From positions 2,688,001-2,752,000 of the forward strand of contig CBDFKD010000002.1 in the NCBI GenBank assembly GCA_965248695.1: 64,000 nt of DNA, given 5' to 3'. Numbering within the stretch: the stretch's first letter is position 1; every line of letters starts with the position of its first letter. The notes under the pieces are model-generated. The model worked only from the letters and a program-made list of their open reading frames with translations. It did no database searches and was not told the DNA's origin. The DNA is from Acidobacteriota bacterium. Its GTDB lineage: Bacteria > Acidobacteriota > UBA890 > WLXD01. Both the position numbers and the translations under genes were made by a program. Shown piece by piece: positions 30,201 to 40,484 of the stretch.

Positions 30201-33200
30201 TCAGAAGGGAATCGACATTCGCACCAGCACCGCTAGATCAGCCGGACCCGTTCTGTTCTCCCGCCTCATGGCTTCCATTTCCAACATCAATGGCAGCGCT
30301 AGCTGCGAGCGTGGAGGCAGGCCCCACTGGGCGCCGATGGCTAGCTCCCGTCCATATCCCGTCCACCTTAACCGGCTGTAGGGCGTCAGTGGACTCCGTA
30401 GGCCCAGCACCCTCAGGCCGCCGTAGGCCACCTCGCTTTCCATCCGGCTCTGGGAACCCATTCCCATGGCATCCATTCCCACCGGACGCGTGACCATATC
30501 AGCGTTGTTCCATAGCGTCGTTCGGCCGCCTCCATCCTGGCCTCGCGCGGAGGTCACCGACACCCGGAACCCGCGCTGCTTCTCGCCCGGATCCCAGCTC
30601 GCCTGTACCCCCAATCCCCAGTCCCGGTAGTCGCTTGCGTGCACCACCAGCACCCGGCCGTGCATGGCCACGTCCAGTCCACTGTTCGCATCCAGGTACC
30701 CGAGAAGGAAACCCGTTTCCACGCCGCTGCCCCGTTCTGCATCGCCCCCGTCGAAACGCCCGCCGGCCTCCGCCTTCAGGCTCAGGGATCGCCCTACTGA
30801 CAGCTGCTTGGTGTGCACCCACTCCAGCATCAACCGCGCCCGGTGGGCCTCGCCTCGCACCTTCGCAATGTCTTCGGAGGCTTCAGTCCCCAGTTGCGCC
30901 CAGAAGGCGTCCGCCCGCAGTCCCAACTCATTGCTGTCTCGCCTCGATAACACCGACCTCAATCCCCCGGCGAACATCCGAAAGTCGGCCTCGAAGTCGT
31001 GGCTCCTCCCCGGCTCGTTGACGTCCATTTGACCCTGTCCCAAGCCGCCAATGCCCCACACGCTCACCCGTTCCGTCGGCTGCCAGTACAGATAGGGATG
31101 AAAGGTATTCATGCGACTCCCTAACACCCCATCGATCCCATCGTCGCTGTAATCCATATTCCCCCAGCTGCGCATGAACGACAGCCCGGCCAGCACCTTG
31201 TCGTTGGCATAGAGGTCCAGACCGACATGGGCAGCCTCGAGACCTCCTCGATAGCTCATCCCGAGCCGCGTCAGGTTCCCGTTGAAGTGCTGCAGGTCCC
31301 CCTGCCCCCACAACGCCGGTACCCAGCTCCTGCTCGTCCCCTTCTGCTGTCCTGCCAAGGGCATCTCGAAGGACACTCCCGCAAGGTTGAGCTCTCGATT
31401 GCTCCTCCCCGAGTACTCGCCCGATCCCGATCTCAGCGACGAGTCCCTGGTCCCCGTTCCCTGGCGTCGATTCTGACCGTAACCTGGCTGCCCTCCCAAC
31501 CCGACCGTCGGGCCGGTCACACTCGGCCCCATGCCGGAGCCGGTCGAGACGCCCGCATCGCCCTGGCCGTAGCCGAACAGGCCCGCCAATCTACCCAGCA
31601 AGACGTTCTGCAGCCACGCTCCCTGCACGCCACTTTCCCGATCTCCCGACTCCCCACTCGATCCCATCGCTGCCGGGGCCCCGGCCGCGCCCCCAGCGCT
31701 CGGCACCACCGGGCCTTCGGCTCTTCTCCTGCCGGCGCCCTCGAGGCTCTCGTTGCCTATCTGTTGCGATTCTCCCTGACCCAGACCCGTGACGCTATGG
31801 TCGCTTCCCGGCTGCACTGTCGGCACCGGTCCTCCGGCTGCCCCCAACCGACTCCACTGCCGATGCCGCTCAAATCGACCCTCAATGGCCGTCTGCACAC
31901 TCTCCCCCATCGACCGTGCCATCACCGCCACCGCCACCTCCAGCGTTTGCGAGAACTGCTCCGCCGTCCGCTGCTGCCTGAAGTTCACTGTTGTCTGCGA
32001 GATCTCTCCTCCACTGACCGCCTCCGGCAACTCTCCAAAGTTCAGCACAATCCCCTCCCCAGGATCGTTCACTTCATCCGCCAGCACCTCCACGGAAATC
32101 GTCCCCTCACTCTCGCCTTCCTCAAACACCACCTTCGCCGGCACTCCACTGTAGTCCTCGTCAGTGGTCCCTCCTTTAGGCGCCACCACCAGCGGTACTT
32201 CCACCCGCCGGTCCGGCGTCGGCGCCATCTTCACCTCGATGTCGGCCTGCTGGCCTTCCCTAATCTGGTACTCCGCCTGCCCAAAGCTCACCTCGAGCTC
32301 CACCAGTCCTTTGTCCTCCAGCGTCACTGTCGCCACGCCCGGCTCTCCTGCCAGTACTATCTCCGGCAGTTTCCCAAATCCCAGCTCCACCGTCTCGTCG
32401 TCCCCGTCCCCGTCATGGTTGGCCTCTATCGTGAACGTCTGTTCCGTTTCCTCGGCCGGGAAGGTCAGCGTTCCGGTGCCCTCCTGCGCATCCCGCTCCT
32501 GCAAACCATCTAGGGTATAGTCGGCGACTTCCGTCGTCTCCGGCCGCCTCACCCGGATCGGGATCGCCAGCTCCTCGTCCCAGCCCTGGCTCAGCTTCAC
32601 CGTCACCGTCACCGTCTCCCCACCTTCCCTCGCCGTGTAGCTCTCCTCCTGATAGCTCACCACCAGCTTCGTCTCCACTTCGAAGGCCTCCGCCGCCGGG
32701 TTGCCGTTGCCGGCCACGTCCTCGGCCACGTCCCCGGGGACCTCAACCCTCACTTCACCGATCCCTTCGGGCGTGATCGTCGCCGTGTACTCCTGCGACG
32801 AGACTTTGATAAAGTTCGAAGCCGTTCCATTAGTGACTCGGATATCTTCAAGCTCAAAGCCTTCCACCGGCTCCGAGAAGGCGATCGTCACTTCGAACCC
32901 CGCAATTCCCACCGGCTCCGTCGGCCCTTCGATCGTTACCTCCGGCCGATCCAGGTCCGCCTCGATCACCAGAGGCTCCGCCGCCCGGTTGCCGTTGCCG
33001 GCCCCGTCCCGAGCCACGTCCTCCGCAACCTCCACGGTCACCTCACCGGTTGCTTCGGGCGTGATCGTCGCCGTGTACTCCTGCGACGAGACTTTGATAA
33101 AGTTCGAAGCCGTTCCATTAGTGACTCGGATATCTTCAAGCTCAAAGCCTTCCACCGGCTCCGAGAAGGCGATCGTCACTTCGAACCCCGCAATTCCCAC

Positions 33201-35111
33201 CGGCTCCGTCGGCCCTTCGATCGTTACCTCCGGCCGATCCAGGTCCGCCTCGATCACCAGAGGCTCCGCCGCCCGGTTGCCGTTGCCGGCCCCGTCCCGA
33301 GCCACGTCCTCCGCAACCTCCACGGTCACCTCACCGGTTGCTTCCGGCGTGATCGTCACCGTGTAAGCCCGTGAGGACACTCTGTTGAAATTCGACGCCG
33401 TCCCGTTGCTGACCTCGATATCTTCCAGTTCAAAGCCTGTCACCGACTCGGGGAAGCGGATCCTCACATCGAACGCACCATGCACCGGTCCCGTGGTCTC
33501 GCTGGTGATCACCACCTCCGGTCGCATCAGATCCGCGTTTATCATCAACGGCGCGCCCGGCATATTGCCGTTGCCGACCCCGTACTCGGCCACATTCGCC
33601 GCAACCTCCACGATCACTTCACCGCTCTTCGAGGGAGTGATCCATGCCTTATAGGTCGTCCCCGACCCACTGAAGTCGGTCACCGAACCATTCGTGACCG
33701 CGATCTCGCTCTGATCGAAACCCGTCACCGCCTCGCTAAAGATGATCGTCACCTCGAACGCGCCGCGCACCGGAGCTGACACGTCCGTTTGAATCGCGAC
33801 CGTCACTACCTTTTCGTTGTCGGCCTCGGTCGCCGTGACTGGATAGATAAAAATATCGTAATAGTCTTCGTCGCCTGCCGTGACGTGAGAGAAGATCGCG
33901 ACGCCATCCACCTCGTCGGCGTCGTCCTCGGCCGCCGAGACCGTCACCGTCTGCTCCGTATTCCAGTTCAAGTCCGTGAAGAGCAACGTAACCGAATTAA
34001 AGGCCGTATCCATATCCGTTTCCGAGGTCACCGTCAGGTCGGCGTCACTCCTTTGGTCCGGGGTCGCCTCGACCGTGACATCATCGTTCAGTGGCTTGGT
34101 GCCAAGCCTCACCGTGTAGGTCGCCGAGCCGCCTTCCGGCACCGACAGTGTGGTCGGCGAGATGATCACGCCGATCGTGTCGTTGTCATCCTCGGTTGTC
34201 CTGACGCCGGGGGCCGAAATGCTGTGATAGACGGTGCCGGGGCTGATCACCTGATGGGTAAACAGGGCGATGCCGGCCTCGCCGTCGTCATCTTCGGCCG
34301 CCAGGATCGTCACCGTCTGCTGCATGCTCCAGTTCGAGTTCGTGAAGGTCAGCGTATCCGCACTCGCCGTCAGATCTTCGTCCCCGAACGACCGCGTCAC
34401 CGTGATCGTGACATCGGCCGTCGGCTGGGTGTCGAGCACCACCGTGTAGCTCGCCGAGCCGCCTTCCGGCACCGTCAGTTCCGTCTCCGAAACCATTACG
34501 CCGGGCGGATCCTTGTCGTTCTCGGTTGCTGTGACGCCGGGGGCCGGAAGCCCGTCATAGACGGTGCCGGGGCCGGCCACAGCATGCGTAAACTGGGCGG
34601 TGCCGTTCTCACTGTCGGCGTCTTCGGTCGCCAGGATCGTCACCGTCTGCTGCGTACTCCAGTTCGAGTTCGTGAAGGTCAGCGTAACCGGGCTCGCCGT
34701 CAGATTCTCGTCGTTCCCGGACGACCGCGTCACCGTGATCGTGACATCGGCCGTCGGCTGGGTGTCGAGCACCACCGTGTAGCTCGCCGAGCCGCCTTCC
34801 GGCACCGTCAGTTCCGTCTCCGAAACCGTTACCCCGGGGCCCAGCGCGAAGGCCAAGTTCGGCCAGGCGAGCCAGGCCAGACAGGCGGCGCCGGCGAATA
34901 TGCCTGCACGGCACCAGCCGCGACGGCTGCACGCGAAGCGATGGGCTTGGTGAACCAGCCCCGCCGGTGGCTTGGGAGCGCGAGAGCCTTCCCCCTGGGC
35001 CGCCGAGGCGGACTGGCTCCCTTTGGCATCAGGCCTCCATCGGCTCGATTGCCTGATTGGAGGCGGGTAGGACAGCACGGCGGCACGAACTTGAGATTTT
35101 GATCTGGACAT
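30201..35111 (-). CDS. Large surface protein with Calx-beta/Ig-like repeats and a C-terminal autotransporter-like barrel
   Basis: VPEGGSASYTVVLDTQPTADV repeats; FSEPVEGFELEDI repeats with 288-bp period; beta-strand C-terminus ending in F; start uncertain. Confidence 0.85.
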   Translation of the reverse strand: MSRSKSQVRAAVLSYPPPIRQSSRWRPDAKGSQSASAAQGEGSRAPKPPAGLVHQAHRFACSRRGWCRAGIFAGAACLAWLAWPNLAFALGPGVTVSETELTVPEGGSASYTVVLDTQPTADVTITVTRSSGNDENLTASPVTLTFTNSNWSTQQTVTILATEDADSENGTAQFTHAVAGPGTVYDGLPAPGVTATENDKDPPGVMVSETELTVPEGGSASYTVVLDTQPTADVTITVTRSFGDEDLTASADTLTFTNSNWSMQQTVTILAAEDDDGEAGIALFTHQVISPGTVYHSISAPGVRTTEDDNDTIGVIISPTTLSVPEGGSATYTVRLGTKPLNDDVTVEATPDQRSDADLTVTSETDMDTAFNSVTLLFTDLNWNTEQTVTVSAAEDDADEVDGVAIFSHVTAGDEDYYDIFIYPVTATEADNEKVVTVAIQTDVSAPVRGAFEVTIIFSEAVTGFDQSEIAVTNGSVTDFSGSGTTYKAWITPSKSGEVIVEVAANVAEYGVGNGNMPGAPLMINADLMRPEVVITSETTGPVHGAFDVRIRFPESVTGFELEDIEVSNGTASNFNRVSSRAYTVTITPEATGEVTVEVAEDVARDGAGNGNRAAEPLVIEADLDRPEVTIEGPTEPVGIAGFEVTIAFSEPVEGFELEDIRVTNGTASNFIKVSSQEYTATITPEATGEVTVEVAEDVARDGAGNGNRAAEPLVIEADLDRPEVTIEGPTEPVGIAGFEVTIAFSEPVEGFELEDIRVTNGTASNFIKVSSQEYTATITPEGIGEVRVEVPGDVAEDVAGNGNPAAEAFEVETKLVVSYQEESYTAREGGETVTVTVKLSQGWDEELAIPIRVRRPETTEVADYTLDGLQERDAQEGTGTLTFPAEETEQTFTIEANHDGDGDDETVELGFGKLPEIVLAGEPGVATVTLEDKGLVELEVSFGQAEYQIREGQQADIEVKMAPTPDRRVEVPLVVAPKGGTTDEDYSGVPAKVVFEEGESEGTISVEVLADEVNDPGEGIVLNFGELPEAVSGGEISQTTVNFRQQRTAEQFSQTLEVAVAVMARSMGESVQTAIEGRFERHRQWSRLGAAGGPVPTVQPGSDHSVTGLGQGESQQIGNESLEGAGRRRAEGPVVPSAGGAAGAPAAMGSSGESGDRESGVQGAWLQNVLLGRLAGLFGYGQGDAGVSTGSGMGPSVTGPTVGLGGQPGYGQNRRQGTGTRDSSLRSGSGEYSGRSNRELNLAGVSFEMPLAGQQKGTSRSWVPALWGQGDLQHFNGNLTRLGMSYRGGLEAAHVGLDLYANDKVLAGLSFMRSWGNMDYSDDGIDGVLGSRMNTFHPYLYWQPTERVSVWGIGGLGQGQMDVNEPGRSHDFEADFRMFAGGLRSVLSRRDSNELGLRADAFWAQLGTEASEDIAKVRGEAHRARLMLEWVHTKQLSVGRSLSLKAEAGGRFDGGDAERGSGVETGFLLGYLDANSGLDVAMHGRVLVVHASDYRDWGLGVQASWDPGEKQRGFRVSVTSARGQDGGGRTTLWNNADMVTRPVGMDAMGMGSQSRMESEVAYGGLRVLGLRSPLTPYSRLRWTGYGRELAIGAQWGLPPRSQLALPLMLEMEAMRRENRTGPADLAVLVRMSIPF

Positions 35112-35551
35112 AGAGAGATGTCCCCTAAGACGGCTCAACACTCGGATTTTCTATAGTAGCTATTACCATGGGTCAGGACCATATACTGAGGCATCGAGGC
35201 GAGCCTGGCCGCTCCGACGCAGATGAACCCCGGTGGCTTCTCGCGAGCAGCCACTCAGGAGATCGGGTTCGTGAATCATCATCGAACTAAACGGGGAAGG
35301 GGAGACCGTTCACCGACCCCATCTCGGCCGGAATGTGGCAAGGGGTTGAACCGCCTAACCACCTTAGGGTGAGCACCGCCACGAAACGGAGAATAGGGCC
35401 TGTGGGGCACCGACAACACTCGTGGTCCACGCCGGCGCGGATCCCGGCGGCCCAGCATGCTGACGGGCCTGCTGGTAGACGAGCAGGGGGACCCAAACCC
35501 CAAAAACGGTGCCAGGGTGATGATGAGAAGAGTCTGACCCCCATCAGCACT

Positions 35552-36380
35552 TTAAACTCCGGCCCGGGTGTTGGGATTACGGAAGAAGAAACCGCCGGTC
35601 ACCTTCTTGCGTGCGTAATTCGTGTGGCCGTACAACTGCACGTTGTTGTCAAGCACGTGGCCGAAATTGCTCAAGAATTTGAAATCGTCGTCAATATCTG
35701 GAGAGCCCCAGATCTGCGCGGGGTCGGCAACGTGTGTATTGCCGCCTGCAATCAAGAGAGCAGCGTCGCTGCGCTGCACACTTCGACTCGTGGGGTCGGT
35801 GCTGCTGTACTCGATACTGAGGTTGGCGAAGCCGTTGTTGCCGAACGGCAAGCCGACGTTGCCGGAAATGGTATACGTGTAGCCGTCACCGGCGCTGAAG
35901 CTTCCGGTGCGGACCTCTAGGCTTCCACCGGAAGAGTCGTCCTTGAGCTGTAGGTTCAACACGCCGGCGATGGCGTCCGAGCCGTACTGCGCCGAGGCGC
36001 CGTCACGCAACACTTCCACCTGCCGCAACGCGATCGCCGGGATCGTCGAAACATCTGGCCCCTGTGCGCCATCGGCAACACCGTTACCCAACCAAGTGAT
36101 GACCGCCGCCCGGTGGCGGCCCTCCCGTTGACCACCACCAGCGTATGATCGGGCGCCAGACCACGCAAGTTCGCCGGACGAATGATCCGGGCCGCATCGC
36201 CGACCGGTTGAGGGTTGACATTGTATGACGGCAGGACGGTTCTTAACTGGTCGGCGATATCGGTACCGCCCTGACTCATCAGGTCAACGAATGAGATGAC
36301 GTCAATGGGCACAGCCGACTTGGTCACTGTCCGTGGCTGTGCGCGGGTGCCCACGACGACGATTACCTCATCTAAGGCCT
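35552..36380 (-). pseudogene. TonB-dependent receptor fragment (plug domain), frameshifted and truncated
   Basis: VVVGTR, PIDVIS, LRGLAPDHTLVVVNG, VEVLRDGASAQYGSDAIAGVLN split over two frames. Confidence 0.9.
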
Positions 36381-36384
36381 GGAG

Positions 36385-36960
36385 GTCCGGACAAAACGCC
36401 GGCAGCAAACGAGCCAGCCACGTGCGCTTGCTCGTGCCGGCGGCCGAGGGGCCCCAACGAGCGCTGGGCCATGGACTTCGTCGCCGATCGGCTCGAGAGC
36501 GGCCGGCAGTTCAGGGTGCTGACGGTGGTCGATCACTTTAGTCGTGAATGCCCGTTACTTGAGCCCGGCGCGTCGATCACCGGCAGGGCAGTAGCGCGGG
36601 CGCTGGAGCGCGTGTCGTTCAACCGGCCGCTACCGCGGGTGATCACGGTCGACAATGGCTCAGAGTTCTACTCGCAGGCGATGGACTCCTGGGCCTATCG
36701 GAGAGGCGTGCAGCTGCAGTTCATCCGGCCGGGAAAGCCCGTGGACAACGCGTTCATCGAGAGCTTCAACGGTCGGCTGCGCGACGAGTTCCTCAACGCC
36801 AATCTGTTCTTGTCAATCGAGGACGCTCGCAGTCTGGAGGCTCGATTACAATGCCCACTAGGCCCCACAGCTCACTGAACGATCGAACTCCTACGGGATT
36901 CGCCAGGGGCTGGCAACGGGAGGCCTCAGAACGCCGGATCCTAAAGCGCTGACTGGTACC
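36385..36960 (+). mobile_element. IS3-family orfB 3' fragment
   Basis: [37 protein letters not shown]; frameshifts; IRR missing. Confidence 0.88.
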
Positions 36961-37198
36961 GAAAACGGATCCGGATGTAATCTCACGATCTGGGTCAAGA
37001 ACGGGAGGTCAGAATGCCGAGTAAGAGGCACAGCGCCGAGCAGATCGTACGCAAGCTCCGGGAGGCTGAGGTGGAGCTGGCTCGAGGGGCGACGGTCAAG
37101 GATGCCTGCCGCAAGCTAGCAATCACCGAGCACACCTACTACCGGTGGCGGCGAGAGTACGGCGGACTGAAGCTCAACCAGGCCAGAAAGCTCAAGCG
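36958..37198 (+). mobile_element. IS3-family left fragment matching the element at 47482
   Basis: Sequence from CCGAAAACGGATCCGG through orfA MPSKRHSAEQ...ARKLK matches 47493-47731. Confidence 0.9.
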
Positions 37199-37454
37199 CC
37201 TGCGGATACTGGCCAAGAGCTTCGCGAAGACGGGCCGTGTGGCGCCCTCAAGGGGCCCACGGCTGCGCCCGGGCGCGCAATTGGTGCGCCAATGGCGAGG
37301 CGAAACCTACCTGGTCACCGTGACCGAGAGCGGCTTCGAGCATGCCGGTGAGCTGTATGGCTCCTTGAGCAGCATCGCCCGGCGCATCACCGGCGCCCAT
37401 TGCTCCGGCCCTCGCTTCTTCGGCATTCAGAAGGCCTCCAAACGCTCATCGTGA
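37014..37454 (+). CDS. Chimeric ORF: IS3 OrfA HTH fused in frame to a DUF2924-like C-terminus
   Basis: OrfA to ARKLK, then LRPGAQLVRQWRG...YGSLSSIARRITGAHCSGPRFFG. Confidence 0.8.
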   Translation: MPSKRHSAEQIVRKLREAEVELARGATVKDACRKLAITEHTYYRWRREYGGLKLNQARKLKRLRILAKSFAKTGRVAPSRGPRLRPGAQLVRQWRGETYLVTVTESGFEHAGELYGSLSSIARRITGAHCSGPRFFGIQKASKRSS

Positions 37455-38188
37455 ACGAAACGGCTCCTGCCTGCCGCAACGGCAACGGGCACCTGCGCTG
37501 CGGTATCTACACCCGCAAGTCCCACGAGCGAGGACTAGATCAAGCCTTCAACTCCCTGCACGCTCAACGTGAGGCCTGCGAGGCCTATATCGGAAGCCAC
37601 AAGCACGAAGGCTGGCGCTGCCTGCCGGACAGGTACGACGACGGTGGCGTCTCAGGCGCCACGATGGATCGGCCAGCGCTGCAGCGTCTGCTGGCCGATG
37701 TCCAAGGCGGCCGCATCGACCTGCTCGTGGTGTACAAGGTGGACCGGCTGAGCCGGGCCCTGTCGGATTTCGCCCGGATTGTAGAGATCCTCGAGCGGCA
37801 CGGGGTGTCGTTCGTGTCGGTGACCCAACAGTTCAACACCACCAGCTCGATGGGGCGCCTGACGCTCAACGTGCTGTTGTCGTTTGCCCAGTTTGAGCGT
37901 GAACTCACTGGGGAGCGCATCCGCGACAAGATCGCCGCCTCCAAGAAAAAGGGGCTGTGGATGGGCGGCCGCCCGCCCCTGGGCTACGACGTGCGGGACC
38001 GGAAGCTGGTTGTTAACAAAAAGGAGGCGGAAACCGTCCGCTATATCTTTCGCCAGTACCGTCAGCTCCGATCGGTGCGCGCTCTACGTACGCGGCTTGT
38101 AACCGCGGGCGTCACCAGCAAGCGCCGGGTGCTGCGTAACGGCACCCTCACCGGCGGCAAGCCGATCAACCGGGGAGCGCTGTACTAG
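37451..38188 (+). pseudogene. Large serine recombinase, C-terminally truncated
   Basis: CGIYTRKS, YDDGGVSG..MDRPALQRLL, YKVDRLSR, LSFAQFERE, GLWMGG.PPLGY; stops at ~245 aa. Confidence 0.88.
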
Positions 38189-38391
38189 CCCGTCGATGAA
38201 CATGAACCGCGGCGTCTGGCTCACGGCTTCTCCGTTCGGCACGATCAGCGGACTCATACCCGAGGACCGCACGCCGCGCGCAGGAATCAGCGAATGAGCC
38301 GCTGGTTCGTCCGGTGCTCGCGTGAGCAACCGTAACAGCTTGGTCGCGACGCGCCATGGGGCTGCTACCATGCGCCGACGGAGCGACCTGG

Positions 38392-39765
38392 ATGATAAGA
38401 ACCCGCTACACGAGGCTCGCGTTGGCCGCCGCGTTGGCGGCGCTCGGCTTGCTTGTCGGTTGCGGGTCCGACGACGACGGCCCTGCCAAGCGTCGTCCCC
38501 AGGACGAGCGTCGGCGTCAGTGGAGTGGCATCTCCTACGCCGATCGCACGGTGGTCGAGCGCCTGCCGTCGAAATCCTCCTCGGGTACCGGCTTCGACCG
38601 GGAGCGTGTCTGGAGCGGTGAGGACGACTGGGAGCCGTACGTGGCGGTCGACGCCGACCGCGGATTCGTCTACCAGTTCGCCACCCGCTGGGTCGCCCCG
38701 AGGTACAAGATCGTCGTTCGACGCTCGCTCGACGGCGGTGCCAGCTGGGATGCGGACCAGCTCATCTACGCGTCGGAGGTAGGGCAGGCGGATCCCTACG
38801 CGAAGGTGGCCGACGACGGGACCGTCTACGCGATCTGGCTCGAGGGCTGGGACACGGTGCTGTCCAAGTCGGACGACTTCGGCGAGACGTGGAGCGCGCC
38901 CGTTTCAACGTTGGGCTCGATTCGTTCGAGCGACTTTCCGAGCATTGCGATCTCCGGCGACGGGCGCGATGTGTACGTTGCCTTCAACCGGAGTGGGGTG
39001 AGCTACATCGTCGCGTCGCACGACGCTGGCGCGACGTTCTCGGAGCCGGTGAGGACCAACACCGACGGCCTGTGGTGGTGGCACGGCGGTGGCGACGTCG
39101 CACCCGGAGGGGACGTCTACTTCGGCGCGAGCACAGAGCGCCGCTCCGGCGGCGGCCCTGTGAGCATGTACGTCCTGAAGTCGAGCGACGGTGGTGCGTC
39201 GTGGCAGGCGATCGAGCTCGATGTGTCTGCCGAAGTACCGGATTGCACGTGGGCTCCGGGTTGCTACTTCGGGTACCTCGTCGGTGTCCCGAGCGTCGGA
39301 GTCGACGTCGCCGGTGTGGTGCTGGCGGTGTACAACGCGGGCAGGGCCGACGGCGCGCCGCAAGGTGTTTGGGTCCGGCGCTCGGTCGACGGAGGTGCCA
39401 GCTGGAAAGGTCGACGACGACTCTCGAGGCGTTGGCCACGCGCACACCATGGCTTCACCGACGTCGAGGCCGGTCCTGCCGCCGGCGACTTTCGGGTTGT
39501 CTGGCAAGGGAGCTCTCGCGACCGCGAGGACGCCTGGAACACGTTTTATCGCCGAACCTCGGACGGCGGAGTCAGATGGGGGCGGATTGTGCGCCTTTCA
39601 GACCTCGGCACCGGAGCACCCTACAAGTCGCCGGCCGGATACCGATTCCCCTACGGGGATTACTTGGCGCTCGCCGTCGACGCGCAGGGCGTCGATCACG
39701 TGATCTGGGGCGAGGGCACGAGCTACGAGGGTCCTGGAGGCGTCTGGTACACGCGCCGGCGCTGA
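38392..39765 (+). CDS. BNR/Asp-box repeat (sialidase-like) lipoprotein
   Basis: Lipobox LLVGC; six SxDGGxxW-type Asp boxes; GDY near the C-terminus. Confidence 0.85.
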   Translation: MIRTRYTRLALAAALAALGLLVGCGSDDDGPAKRRPQDERRRQWSGISYADRTVVERLPSKSSSGTGFDRERVWSGEDDWEPYVAVDADRGFVYQFATRWVAPRYKIVVRRSLDGGASWDADQLIYASEVGQADPYAKVADDGTVYAIWLEGWDTVLSKSDDFGETWSAPVSTLGSIRSSDFPSIAISGDGRDVYVAFNRSGVSYIVASHDAGATFSEPVRTNTDGLWWWHGGGDVAPGGDVYFGASTERRSGGGPVSMYVLKSSDGGASWQAIELDVSAEVPDCTWAPGCYFGYLVGVPSVGVDVAGVVLAVYNAGRADGAPQGVWVRRSVDGGASWKGRRRLSRRWPRAHHGFTDVEAGPAAGDFRVVWQGSSRDREDAWNTFYRRTSDGGVRWGRIVRLSDLGTGAPYKSPAGYRFPYGDYLALAVDAQGVDHVIWGEGTSYEGPGGVWYTRRR

Positions 39766-39789
39766 TTGGAGAGAGCCCGCGACCGGGCG

Positions 39790-40452
39790 TCAGCGCGCGA
39801 CTTCGTGACCGGTCGTCATTGTCGCGAACGCGTTGCGGAACCGGGCGCCCTCGCGCGCGACGCGGTCGATACTCGGCGTCTCGACGAACGGGTGGCCGCC
39901 GGCACCGTAGTCGTCCCAGCGCATGTCGTCGATCAGGACGACCACCATGTTGGGGCGCGGCTGTGGCGGCACCCCGGCTGCCAGGGCGCGCGTCGCAACT
40001 CGAAACCGGCTGAAGTCCTGCGCGCTATGTATATGCCAGATTGGCCATGAAATATCGTTCCGGGTGCGATACTCGACTGTAGCCTCCGCGCTGTTGAACG
40101 ACAAGCCCACAAAGCGAATGTCCAGTGCCTCAAGATCACGGGCTACATCCGCCCAGACGGGCAACGTCTCGTGGCAGAACTGACAAGTCACCGTGAGAAA
40201 CGCTAGGATCCCGCCTTCTTCGCCAAGCATGGTGGCTACCGTGATCGGCTGGTCTTTATCAACCGCAACGAGCGCATCTCCGGCGTCAGCCAGCCCGTCC
40301 CCGATGGCGTACCCATCGATAGCGGGTCTTTCCGGGTTCCGCGAGGCGAGAGCTGCTCGCAGCTGGCGATTCTGTTCGATCAGTGCCCAACCACTGACCG
40401 CGACACCGACGGCGACTAGAAAGAGGCCAATCGTCGCCGCCCAAGGTGGCAC
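39790..40452 (-). pseudogene. Chimeric ORF: membrane-anchored thioredoxin-like fragment joined to a sulfatase N-terminal fragment
   Basis: TM segment and TVTCQFC, then PRPNMVVVLIDDMRWDD...TPSIDRVAREGARFRNAF ending before the CxPxR motif. Confidence 0.7.
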
Positions 40453-40484
40453 CAGCGGCGAGGCTGGTCTGCGGGCTACCGACG

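Noticed and set aside
35160-35550. Short ORFs and a GAGTCTGACCCC REP-like motif
   Set aside because: Single occurrence with no recognisable protein or partner transposase; cannot be supported
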